64,000 nt of DNA from Acidimicrobiia bacterium (GTDB taxonomy: Bacteria; Actinomycetota; Acidimicrobiia; Acidimicrobiales; JANYDT01): NCBI GenBank assembly GCA_031429095.1, contig JANOYY010000037.1:74593-138592 (forward strand), in the 5' to 3' direction. Positions within the stretch are counted from its first letter, which is position 1, and each line of letters opens with the position of its first letter. Positions 17,281 to 25,526 of this stretch are shown piece after piece. Both the position numbers and the translations under genes were made by a program. Below the pieces are notes generated by a model. The model saw only the letters and a list, made by a program, of their open reading frames with translations, had not been told where the DNA came from and ran no database searches.

Positions 17281-17298
17281 ATCGCTATTCTTAGCGAT
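17281..17298. promoter_or_regulatory. Perfect inverted repeat ATCGCTA-TTCT-TAGCGAT in the same intergenic region
   Basis: It has 7-bp arms and a 4-bp spacer. The sequence is certain; the regulatory role is inferred. Confidence 0.3.
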
Positions 17299-17385
17299 CT
17301 TTGGTGTGAATTTTCATCCATCTGGAGGGTCGGGTTCGGAGTATCCGCAATCCAAAGCGGTTACCCCAAACAAAGGATGTTGGTC

Positions 17386-17943
17386 ATGGTACATACGATT
17401 CGTCGAAGTGTGGCTGCAGCAGCGGCCGCGGCCCTGGTGTTGGCAAGCGGAGCAACGGCCTCCGAAGCAGTCACGAAGAAGGCAAAGCCCAAGTCGTCGA
17501 AGACGGCTCCAATCGCCAAGAAGTCGATTGTTGATGTTGCGGTTTCGAATCCTGAGGTTTCGACGCTGGTTACGGCGTTGAAGGCTGCTGGTTTGGTCGA
17601 GACTTTGAATGGTGCCGGTCCGTTCACAGTGTTTGCGCCGACGAATGCGGCGTTTGCGAAGTTGGCGAAGGCGACGCTGGATGGGTTGCTTGCGGATAAG
17701 AAGGCGTTGACGGAGGTGTTGACCTATCACGTTGTTGCGGGCAGGGTTCTTGCTGGCGATGTGGTGAAGCTTGACGGCAAGTCTGCCAAGTCGGTCAATG
17801 GTGCGGACGTGAAAATTGCGGTCAGGGCTGGCAAGGTGGTGTTGAACGGCTCGGTTGTTGTGACGGCCACTGATGTGTTGGCGTCCAATGGTGTGATTCA
17901 TTTGATCGACACCGTGCTCCTCCCACCGACGCAAGCCCAATAG
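17386..17943 (+). CDS. Secreted fasciclin (FAS1) domain protein, MPT70/MPT83-like
   Basis: A signal peptide ('[25 protein letters not shown]') precedes the FAS1 motifs '[13 protein letters not shown]' and '[15 protein letters not shown]'. The start is trimmed from 17221 to ATG 17386, which has AAGGA upstream. Confidence 0.85.
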   Translation: MVHTIRRSVAAAAAAALVLASGATASEAVTKKAKPKSSKTAPIAKKSIVDVAVSNPEVSTLVTALKAAGLVETLNGAGPFTVFAPTNAAFAKLAKATLDGLLADKKALTEVLTYHVVAGRVLAGDVVKLDGKSAKSVNGADVKIAVRAGKVVLNGSVVVTATDVLASNGVIHLIDTVLLPPTQAQ

Positions 17944-17957
17944 CGACCCCGGCTCCG

Positions 17958-18371
17958 GTGCGCGTGAACTCGATCGCCTCGATCGCCGCTGGTGACCAGC
18001 GATTCAGCACGCTGATCGCGGCGTTGAAGGCCGGGGGTCTTGTCGACACTCTGGACGGGGCTGGTCCGTTCACCGTGTTTGCTCCAACGAACACGGCATT
18101 CGCGGTGCTTGGCGACGATGCGGTGAACAACCTGCTGAAGCCAGAGAACAAGCAGCTTCTGACGGATGTCCTCACCTATCACGTGATTGCTGGAAAAGTC
18201 GGTTCCTCCGACGTTGTCACGTTGGAGTCCGCAAAGACGGTGCAAGGAGGAAGCATTCGGGTGACGCTGCGCGACGGCGGCGTGTTCATCAACAACGCTC
18301 GGATCCAGACTGTTGATATACAAGCATCGAATGGTGTTATCCACGTGATCGACACCGTTCTTGTGCCGTAA
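17958..18371 (+). CDS. Fasciclin (FAS1) domain protein without recognisable signal peptide
   Basis: It carries the FAS1 motifs '[13 protein letters not shown]' and 'ASNGVIHVIDTVLVP'. The ORF begins directly with the domain (GTG start). Confidence 0.8.
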   Translation: MRVNSIASIAAGDQRFSTLIAALKAGGLVDTLDGAGPFTVFAPTNTAFAVLGDDAVNNLLKPENKQLLTDVLTYHVIAGKVGSSDVVTLESAKTVQGGSIRVTLRDGGVFINNARIQTVDIQASNGVIHVIDTVLVP

Positions 18372-18444
18372 AACGATCCGACTTCGTTGACCATCTTGTG
18401 CGATTGCAAACCTGAGTCATTCACGCGGTTCGCCAGTGCTTCGT

Positions 18445-19521
18445 CTACGACGACGGCGCTAGCGAGCCGCTGTTTCGCTTCCACGTGGAGGGTTTCACGA
18501 CTGAGCGGCCGATCCCGGCGAAAACGGCGATGTTCAGGGGAAGTTCGAGTAGTACGTGCGCGTAGCTAAGGAAGAACAGGACATCAAGACCACGTCGGTA
18601 ATCGAACGCATACAACGCAACTGCGCCGATCCAGCCTGCAAAGACAATCGCAAGTTGGGACTTCGGCACTCGGTGCCAGTTGATGACCCTGGTCTTCGAG
18701 AACCAGTTCAGGTAGTGATATGTGTATGCGAATGCGATGAAGCGCGCGATCGAGATTCCGGCGGAGGAGTTGAATATGTCCGGCGGCCCCGAAGTAGTTC
18801 CCATCTCAAACCAAGCGAGCACGCTTTGGTTGATTCCGGCGAAAAGTTCGTAGGAACGCCGTGCATAGGCGGACGGATCGACGCCGAACGCCGGGCGCCA
18901 CAACAAGGTTGCGAGGCCAACAGCCACCATGGTGAAGGCCGATGCTGCCCCCGTTCGGCTTCTCGATCGCAACGCGCCGTGGACAAGAAATCCGAGGGTG
19001 AAGACGAACACGTGAACGAGCGTCGGGACCATCGCCAGAACCCAGAATCTGTACCAACCGAAGTTCAGACGAAATGCGAGGTGGTAACCACCAAACGCGG
19101 CCAGCAGAATTGCCGGCAACGTGAACCGCAGCGGGCGAATGATCGTTGCTGCGAGCGCCATTGCGATACCTACCGTTGTGGCCTGGAGGCCGAGCGTTCG
19201 CCGAAAATCGTTGTCGGAGAACCAACCCCAATAGACCGCCGAGGCCGCTGCTCCAAGAACGAACATCGGAAGAGCAACCCAGCGCGTGCCGGCGCCGTAG
19301 CTGCGCTGGTGGAGCCAACCGATCTCGGTCAGGTAATGAAGGGGCCCGAGGACCGCGTAGGAGAAGAGAAACAACTCAAACGGAACGACGAATGCGGCGG
19401 CACCGGCGATCACCATCAACGCAATGTTGACGAGGTCGATTCGGGCCAGCGATTCGGGCGTGGGCGACGACGGTGATGGCTGCTGTCCAAACGTACGGGC
19501 AGTCGTGTCAAGAGTCGTCAT
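18445..19521 (-). CDS. Polytopic integral membrane protein, family not recognised
   Basis: About 9-10 hydrophobic helices follow 'MTTLDTTARTF'. The start is trimmed to ATG 19521. No motif I can name. Confidence 0.6.
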   Translation of the reverse strand: MTTLDTTARTFGQQPSPSSPTPESLARIDLVNIALMVIAGAAAFVVPFELFLFSYAVLGPLHYLTEIGWLHQRSYGAGTRWVALPMFVLGAAASAVYWGWFSDNDFRRTLGLQATTVGIAMALAATIIRPLRFTLPAILLAAFGGYHLAFRLNFGWYRFWVLAMVPTLVHVFVFTLGFLVHGALRSRSRTGAASAFTMVAVGLATLLWRPAFGVDPSAYARRSYELFAGINQSVLAWFEMGTTSGPPDIFNSSAGISIARFIAFAYTYHYLNWFSKTRVINWHRVPKSQLAIVFAGWIGAVALYAFDYRRGLDVLFFLSYAHVLLELPLNIAVFAGIGRSVVKPSTWKRNSGSLAPSS

Positions 19522-19750
19522 GGTCTCGAACTTAGGCTGACTGTGATACCAATTCGAGGCTAGGGGGCACGTTTCGAACCCGGAGTTGAAAATCGGCCAG
19601 CTCGGCAGTTTCCATGAAGCCCTCAGTGATCTCGAAGATGGCCGTCTCCCAATCGGTCTCTGTGGTGCGAAGAACGCCGGAGGTCGTTGAACTTTTCCAA
19701 CGAAAGTGACTTCAGAATTCGAACTCACCTGAGGCACGTAGCCTGTAACG

Positions 19751-21304
19751 GTGCGAATCGGAGCGCTGGGGTCGAAACATCGGGCAAGTGTGCGCTCAGG
19801 CGGGCGGGTTGTTCTTCATGAGGGCACCACGGAGGAGCTTTGCCTGGAATGGTGGGTTGGCGGCGATGACCGCTGGTATGAACCGGCACGAGAGATCACC
19901 ACCCGCCAGGAGCTCATTCGCAACCTTCCCATCGTGTCAGTGTCTATGCGGGTACCGAGCGGCGATGCAGTTGTCACGGCTTTCACGACGGTGCAAGGCC
20001 CCCGCGAACTCGTCGTAAGTGAACTTTCGAATCGATCAAAAGTACCTTTTGTGGCGGCGCTCATTGTGAGTGGGCCGGGAGCCAACGACGTCACGCTCGA
20101 CGGAACGGCGATTCGAATCGGCGGACTCCCCGTCATCCATGTGCCGTCGGCGCCCCAACGATCAGCCGCCGCGCCGTCGATCGACGAGCTCCGTGCGCTT
20201 GTCGTCGGTGGTGGTGTGGCGCCGACGTACGTACCTCGTCACGGTGAGAGTGCCTCGGCGTTTCTCTTTGCGGTCACCCACACTCTCGGCGTGCGCGTAG
20301 GGGCGATTGTCGGCGCATCCAGCCCGCTTGCGTTCGCCGCCCCACCGGTACTGCACGCGCTGCCAACTGTCCACGACCTCGCGAATGGCTGGGACACCCA
20401 CCTCGGCCGCGGCGCCGATCTCCGTACCGTCCCGGCACTGGCATCGGCACCCCATTTCCGTTCGGCGATCTCGTCGTTGTTGTTGTATGCCGAACCGGCT
20501 GCCAGCGACGTCACCACGCCTATCGTCGTGTGTGGTGCGCTGGCGGCGGCGCTTGATGCGGGCGGGTTTCACGCCGAAGCGGGAGCGTTGCTCGCTGACG
20601 CACCGCAGTGGCAGGGACGCAGAGGCGAGTTGAGCGACGCTAAGTCCGAAGCAGTCGTGGGCAATGCGGCAATTTCTACGGCAGCGTTTGTCGACGCAGT
20701 GGCTCGACACGGTGCCCTCACCCACGACGCGGTGTTCGCGAAAACGATGGCTTCCGTGGTTGCCGGTGGGCTCGAATACCTCCTAAAGAAGGCAAAGGCC
20801 GACCCATCACTCGCACCATGGCTCGCGTGCTCCACCGCGGTACCTTCGATGTTGCGGATCGCCCGTGATGAGCGAGCGGCACGCCACGCCGAGAAGATCT
20901 TCAGCAGTCGCTATGGTCAGATGCCCTCGCTCCCTGTCGAGCCGCTGCCCGCACAGTCGCGCGGTGCAAACTTTGTTCCCGAAGATCCAATGCGCCTTGC
21001 GAATTTAGTTCGTTCACATATCACGCCGTTTTGCGAGTTCGATAGCGTAACGGTTTGCGTTCTCGCCGGCTTCGACGAATCGATGCTGGGTCAACCCATT
21101 GACGTACGAAACCTCCCGACGCCGTTCGGACGATTGTCGTATGCCATTCGCTGGCACGGAGAACGTCCGGCGATTCTTTGGGAATGCTCCGCAATCCACG
21201 ACGATCAGCGTTCCGATGCACTCGTGCTGCGTGCTCCCCGGTTCGGAGAGTGGAGGGCGTGGGGCGCACGCGGGGACTCGTTGCTTCCGGCACCGCTCCC
21301 TTAA
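19751..21304 (+). CDS. Hypothetical Ala-rich 517-aa protein, family not recognised
   Basis: It is a long uninterrupted ORF in a region with no better alternative. It has no signal peptide, TM segment or catalytic motif recognisable by eye. Confidence 0.55.
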   Translation: MRIGALGSKHRASVRSGGRVVLHEGTTEELCLEWWVGGDDRWYEPAREITTRQELIRNLPIVSVSMRVPSGDAVVTAFTTVQGPRELVVSELSNRSKVPFVAALIVSGPGANDVTLDGTAIRIGGLPVIHVPSAPQRSAAAPSIDELRALVVGGGVAPTYVPRHGESASAFLFAVTHTLGVRVGAIVGASSPLAFAAPPVLHALPTVHDLANGWDTHLGRGADLRTVPALASAPHFRSAISSLLLYAEPAASDVTTPIVVCGALAAALDAGGFHAEAGALLADAPQWQGRRGELSDAKSEAVVGNAAISTAAFVDAVARHGALTHDAVFAKTMASVVAGGLEYLLKKAKADPSLAPWLACSTAVPSMLRIARDERAARHAEKIFSSRYGQMPSLPVEPLPAQSRGANFVPEDPMRLANLVRSHITPFCEFDSVTVCVLAGFDESMLGQPIDVRNLPTPFGRLSYAIRWHGERPAILWECSAIHDDQRSDALVLRAPRFGEWRAWGARGDSLLPAPLP

Positions 21305-21309
21305 CGGGT

Positions 21310-21756
21310 TTACTCGAGCGTTCGGGCGATCTTCAGCGCAGTTTCCAGCAGCGCGTCGTCGTTGGCGTATTTCACGCGCGGCCAGTAGAACCCGCGCAGT
21401 CCATCCTTCCGCCGCCTTGGGATGATGTGAACGTGGAGGTGCGGAACGGACTGGCTCACGGTGTTGTTCATCGATACCCAAGTTCCGTCGGCCGTCATCG
21501 CGGAACGAACGGCCACTGAGAGCCGCTGCGCCTGCGCGAACAGAGGCGCGATCAAAGTCGGATCGAGCGTCTCGAGCGTCGCACTGTGTGGCCGGGGTAC
21601 GAGCAACACGTGGCCGTGGAACACCGGCGAGTGGTCGAGAAACGCAATGGTGTGCTCTGTTTCGGCGACGATCGCGGCTCGAACTTCGCCGTGGATGATC
21701 CTGCAGAACAGACACTCGGTTTGCGGGGCGACGTCGTTCCCGGTCGGCTGCACCAT
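21310..21756 (-). CDS. HIT-family (histidine triad) nucleotide hydrolase/transferase
   Basis: 'CLFCRIIHGE' and the triad 'HLHVHII' are present. Start placed at ATG 21756. Confidence 0.85.
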   Translation of the reverse strand: MVQPTGNDVAPQTECLFCRIIHGEVRAAIVAETEHTIAFLDHSPVFHGHVLLVPRPHSATLETLDPTLIAPLFAQAQRLSVAVRSAMTADGTWVSMNNTVSQSVPHLHVHIIPRRRKDGLRGFYWPRVKYANDDALLETALKIARTLE

Positions 21757-21983
21757 CGCTGCATCGTAGGCGTCACGAAAAACGTCGCTGTCCCCTGTGT
21801 TTCGGGTTGCCCGCACGCCGCGCGGGGCTGCTGCACTCGAAGCTGAAACGAACGCCGACTGTGATGATTTCGGCCGAGCGTGGCCTTACCGTCTTCCGGA
21901 GGCCTTCTCGTCCCTGTCTGCGTTTGTTCACCTGCCACGGGATTTGGCGTCGATAGTGGGTCGGCGTCGGGTACCGTTCGAGG

Positions 21984-22394
21984 ATGCGTATCGCCTTTGG
22001 AACTGACGACGCCACACACGTGACGATGGCGCTGCTGCAACACCTCCGCGAAGCGGGCCACGAACTGGAAGTGGTGGCCTACCCGGAGCCGTGGAGCGAC
22101 GCCGGCCGACTGGTTGGTGAGGCCGTCGCGTCGGGCCGCGCGGACCGCGGCATCGTGGCGTGCTTTACCGGTACCGGGGTCTCGATCGCTGCGAACAAAG
22201 TGAAGGGTGTGCGGGCCGCGATGTGTACCGACGCGGAGACGGCAGCGGGAGCGCGCCGGTGGAACGATGCGAACGTTTTGGCGTTCGGACTTCGGCTGAC
22301 GACGGAAACGGTTGCACGGGAATTGGCAGATGCGTTCTTGGCGGATATCGAAGTAGATCCAGGCGAACAGGCCACGATCCTGCGCGTCGAGTAG
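21984..22394 (+). CDS. rpiB: RpiB/LacA/LacB-family sugar-phosphate isomerase
   Basis: 'RGIVACFTGTGVSIAANKVKGVRAA...ARRWNDANVLAFG' is typical of RpiB. Confidence 0.8.
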   Translation: MRIAFGTDDATHVTMALLQHLREAGHELEVVAYPEPWSDAGRLVGEAVASGRADRGIVACFTGTGVSIAANKVKGVRAAMCTDAETAAGARRWNDANVLAFGLRLTTETVARELADAFLADIEVDPGEQATILRVE

Positions 22395-22412
22395 CACACG
22401 CGTAGAACCCTC

Positions 22413-23204
22413 GTGACTGTGACGTCGGCCGAAACCTGGGCCAAGAAACCCAACGCCAACAAACCCAACGCGAAAAGGCCCACCGTCGCCAAGAAAACTG
22501 TCGCCAAAAAAGTCGCCCCAAAACGGCTCTCGAAGAAGACACCTCCGTCGCTCAGCGTTGAAAAGGGACTCTGGGCCGAAGGGTACGACGTGGTGGTGGG
22601 CCTTGATGAGGTCGGTCGGGGGGCATGGGCAGGCCCGTTGGCGATCGGGGCTGCGGTTCTCCCGAGAACCGGTCGGGTGAATGGTGTTCGCGACTCCAAG
22701 ATGTTGTCAGAGCGAGAACGTGAGGCCCTGTTCGACAAGATCGCTTCATGGTGCACTTCGTGGTCAGTGGGGTTCGTTTCCCATGAAGAGTGCGACGAGA
22801 TTGGCATGTCTGGCGCTCAAAAACTGGCTGCTCGACGAGCAATTGATGGGCTCGGTGTCAAGCCTGATCACGTCCTGCTCGACGGCAACTGGGATTTCGT
22901 CGGCGAGTACGTCGGGGCCGAACGGGTCACGAAAATTGTAAAGGGCGATGCCAAATGCCTGTCAATCGCAACTGCGAGTGTGCTGGCCAAAGTGTCCCGG
23001 GACCGTTTCATGCGTGGGGAAGACGAACACTTTCCCGGATACAACTTTGCGGAGAACAAGGGCTATCCATGCCCGCGACATCAAATTGCTCTGCGGGCGT
23101 ACGGGCCTACAACAATTCATCGCCGTTCGTGGGCGTTCATGGATAGCCAGCTCTGGTCAATCCCTCGGACCATGCCGATCAGTACCCAGCAACAGCTGTT
23201 CTGA
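22413..23204 (+). CDS. rnhB: Ribonuclease HII with Lys-rich N-terminal extension
   Basis: 'GLDEVGRGAWAGPL' and 'DSKMLS' are RNase HII motifs. The first ~45 aa are KKxxAKK-type basic repeats. Confidence 0.85.
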   Translation: MTVTSAETWAKKPNANKPNAKRPTVAKKTVAKKVAPKRLSKKTPPSLSVEKGLWAEGYDVVVGLDEVGRGAWAGPLAIGAAVLPRTGRVNGVRDSKMLSEREREALFDKIASWCTSWSVGFVSHEECDEIGMSGAQKLAARRAIDGLGVKPDHVLLDGNWDFVGEYVGAERVTKIVKGDAKCLSIATASVLAKVSRDRFMRGEDEHFPGYNFAENKGYPCPRHQIALRAYGPTTIHRRSWAFMDSQLWSIPRTMPISTQQQLF

Positions 23205-24148
23205 TGGGTGCTCTCGAAACGCTCAGGCAGCCGCGGGTGCTGCGTTTGGTCGGAGGACTCGGTGTCGTGGCCGTTGTCGGTGTGGTTCTCGTGTCTCCGT
23301 CTTCCGAAAAGTCGACGGTCAGTCAGCCCCCCACGACCAACTCTGCGTCCACCACGACTACGCCGCTGAACGAGGAATTGGAGTTGACCGTTGACTCCGC
23401 TGCACAATCAGTTTCGACCGGGGTTCGCCTCATCTCGCCAGGCACGCTGACCGCTTGTGTCGATTCACCGTTTCCTCCGTTCGCATACTCACAGCAGAGC
23501 GACGGCGAAGATCTCTCCGGAATAGACGTCGATATCATTACCGCACTCGCATCGAACAACAAGCTTCAGGTCGCCTTTGTCGAGACCCCCTTCGATGGGA
23601 TCTTCGACGCGTTGACGAATGGAAAGTGCGACGTGATCGCTGCTGCAGTTCCAGTCTCGACAGGACGTAAGCGTACATATGATTTTACGAACCCGTATTT
23701 TCTGATGTCGCAAAGTTTGCTTGCCCGGTCGGCCGATCAGGCCTCCCTTGCTTCGATAGGGTCACTTCGCGGGAAGATCGTGGGGGTACAGCGAGCAACG
23801 CTTGGCGCGCTCCGGGCCAAGAAGCTTCAAGCGTCGGCGGGCCTGACGGTGCAGGAGTTTCCGGGACGCTTCGAAATGCTCGACGCCCTACGCGATTCGA
23901 ACATTGATGTGATCCTTGCCGACGTCTCGGCGAACGGATTCGACGCCCATGAATCGGATGGTCGACTGGCCGTGTCAGCGCGTCTGGCCGGTGACGAGGA
24001 AAACTATGCGTTCGTGGTGTCACCAACGAATCCGGTCCTGACGGAGACGCTCAATAACTCGATACAGCGGGTGAGGGATCGAGGGTTGCTCGGCAAGATC
24101 TACGCCCGCCACATCGGCGATGCACTCCAAACCCCGGTCGCCGGCTGA
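23204..24148 (+). CDS. Family-3 (amino-acid type) solute-binding protein, membrane anchored
   Basis: An N-terminal TM helix is followed by 'FPPFAY...GIDVDIITALA...FDGIFDALTNGKCDVIAAAV' and 'YDFTNPYF'. No cognate permease or ATPase gene is adjacent. Confidence 0.75.
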   Translation: MGALETLRQPRVLRLVGGLGVVAVVGVVLVSPSSEKSTVSQPPTTNSASTTTTPLNEELELTVDSAAQSVSTGVRLISPGTLTACVDSPFPPFAYSQQSDGEDLSGIDVDIITALASNNKLQVAFVETPFDGIFDALTNGKCDVIAAAVPVSTGRKRTYDFTNPYFLMSQSLLARSADQASLASIGSLRGKIVGVQRATLGALRAKKLQASAGLTVQEFPGRFEMLDALRDSNIDVILADVSANGFDAHESDGRLAVSARLAGDEENYAFVVSPTNPVLTETLNNSIQRVRDRGLLGKIYARHIGDALQTPVAG

Positions 24149-24153
24149 TTAGG

Positions 24154-25449
24154 GTGCAGCTTCTCGATGCCACAGACCGGCGTCTGCTTCGTCTGGCCGG
24201 ACCGGCGTTTCTCACCCTTTCCGCAGAACCCCTATACGTTCTCGTCGACACAGCGATTGTCGGGCACATCGCCACCGCGTCGCTGGGTGGACTCGCGATC
24301 GCCGGGACGATCCTTTCGACGCTTTCGTGGCTGATCGGATTCCTCGCGACGGGAGTGACCACCCAAGTCGGGCAGCGGCGAGGTGCCGGTGACGATGAAG
24401 GCGCCCGCAATGCGGTCCGCCAAGGCGTCGTCGTCGCGGTGGGCCTCGGTATTCTCGCCGCGTGCATCGCAGGCTTGGCCGCTGGCCCCCTTGCTCGTGG
24501 CATCGGCGGTCGTGATGACGTCTTACGGGAGGCAGTCACCTATCTCCGAATTTCTGCGCTTGGGCTGCCGGCGATCGCCATCGCCCTGTTGGCGCTCGGT
24601 TGGTATCGCGGAACCGAGAACCTCCGCGTTCCCGTGCGCGTGGTCATCGTCTCGAACATCGCCAACGTCGCCGCAGAAATGCTTTTCGTGTGGGTTTTCG
24701 GTTGGGGTATCGCTGGTTCGGCGGCAGCGACGGTGATGGTTCAATGGTTCGCCGTAGCGATCTACGTCGTGTCCCTGAGAGGAATCCTTCGCCTAGAGCG
24801 ACCCCGTGCTTCGAGCGTCCAGGCGCTGATGCGAATCGGTGGAGCCATGATCATACGGACAAGCATGATGGTCAGTACACTTATGGCATCGACATGGTTG
24901 GCCAGTCGGAATGGCGACACATCGCTCGGAGCCCACCAGATCGGCGTGCAGACCTACTTCTTCTTCGCGCTCATGATCGATGCGTTGGCGATCGCCGCTC
25001 AATCGATCTTCGCTGCACAAATGGGTACGAAATCCAACGGTCAGTTGTGGACGGTAACACGGCGACTGGTTCGGTTGGGACTGCTGGCAGGCGTGTTCCT
25101 GGCCGCCATACTCACTCTGGCGTCGCCGTGGCTGGGCCACCTCTTCTCCAACGATCCTGACGTGATTGCTCGATCGAAGGGTGTGCTGTTGTGGTGCGCC
25201 GTTATGCAGATCACCGGTGCAGTGGTGTTCGTGCTCGACGGCGTCTTAATGGGGGCAGACCTCTTCTCGAAGTTGGCGATCGGTGCTGGTGCCTCCGCCG
25301 TCACGTTCTGGATCGTGGCTGGCCTTCACGAGTGGGGACCTTCGATCTTTGGTGGACTCGGTGGAGTCTGGATTGCCTTGAACTTGTGGATGCTCGTTCG
25401 CTTATGCGGCAACGGCTGGATTGCCTGGAAGAACCTGCGAAACGCGTAG
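24154..25449 (+). CDS. MATE-family efflux transporter (DinF-like)
   Basis: It has about 12 TM helices and the N-terminal 'LLRLAGPAFLTLSAEPLYVLVDTAIVGH' MATE signature. Confidence 0.85.
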   Translation: MQLLDATDRRLLRLAGPAFLTLSAEPLYVLVDTAIVGHIATASLGGLAIAGTILSTLSWLIGFLATGVTTQVGQRRGAGDDEGARNAVRQGVVVAVGLGILAACIAGLAAGPLARGIGGRDDVLREAVTYLRISALGLPAIAIALLALGWYRGTENLRVPVRVVIVSNIANVAAEMLFVWVFGWGIAGSAAATVMVQWFAVAIYVVSLRGILRLERPRASSVQALMRIGGAMIIRTSMMVSTLMASTWLASRNGDTSLGAHQIGVQTYFFFALMIDALAIAAQSIFAAQMGTKSNGQLWTVTRRLVRLGLLAGVFLAAILTLASPWLGHLFSNDPDVIARSKGVLLWCAVMQITGAVVFVLDGVLMGADLFSKLAIGAGASAVTFWIVAGLHEWGPSIFGGLGGVWIALNLWMLVRLCGNGWIAWKNLRNA

Positions 25450-25526
25450 CCCGCCTGCCGCGATTTTGGTCAACCGCAATCATTCGCCGTACGGTGGCGC
25501 GACGCACACGACAGAGGTGAACCAGA

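Noticed and set aside
17221-17385. Upstream ATG start for the first fasciclin gene.
   Set aside because: It would translate the tandem 9-mers and palindrome and place about 55 non-hydrophobic residues before the signal peptide. ATG 17386 with AAGGA upstream gives a canonical signal peptide.
19555-19590. tRNA-like 'GTTTCGAACCC' (T-loop-like) sequence in the 19522-19750 intergenic region.
   Set aside because: No acceptor, D or anticodon arms can be drawn around it. Other TTCGAA occurrences nearby suggest chance.
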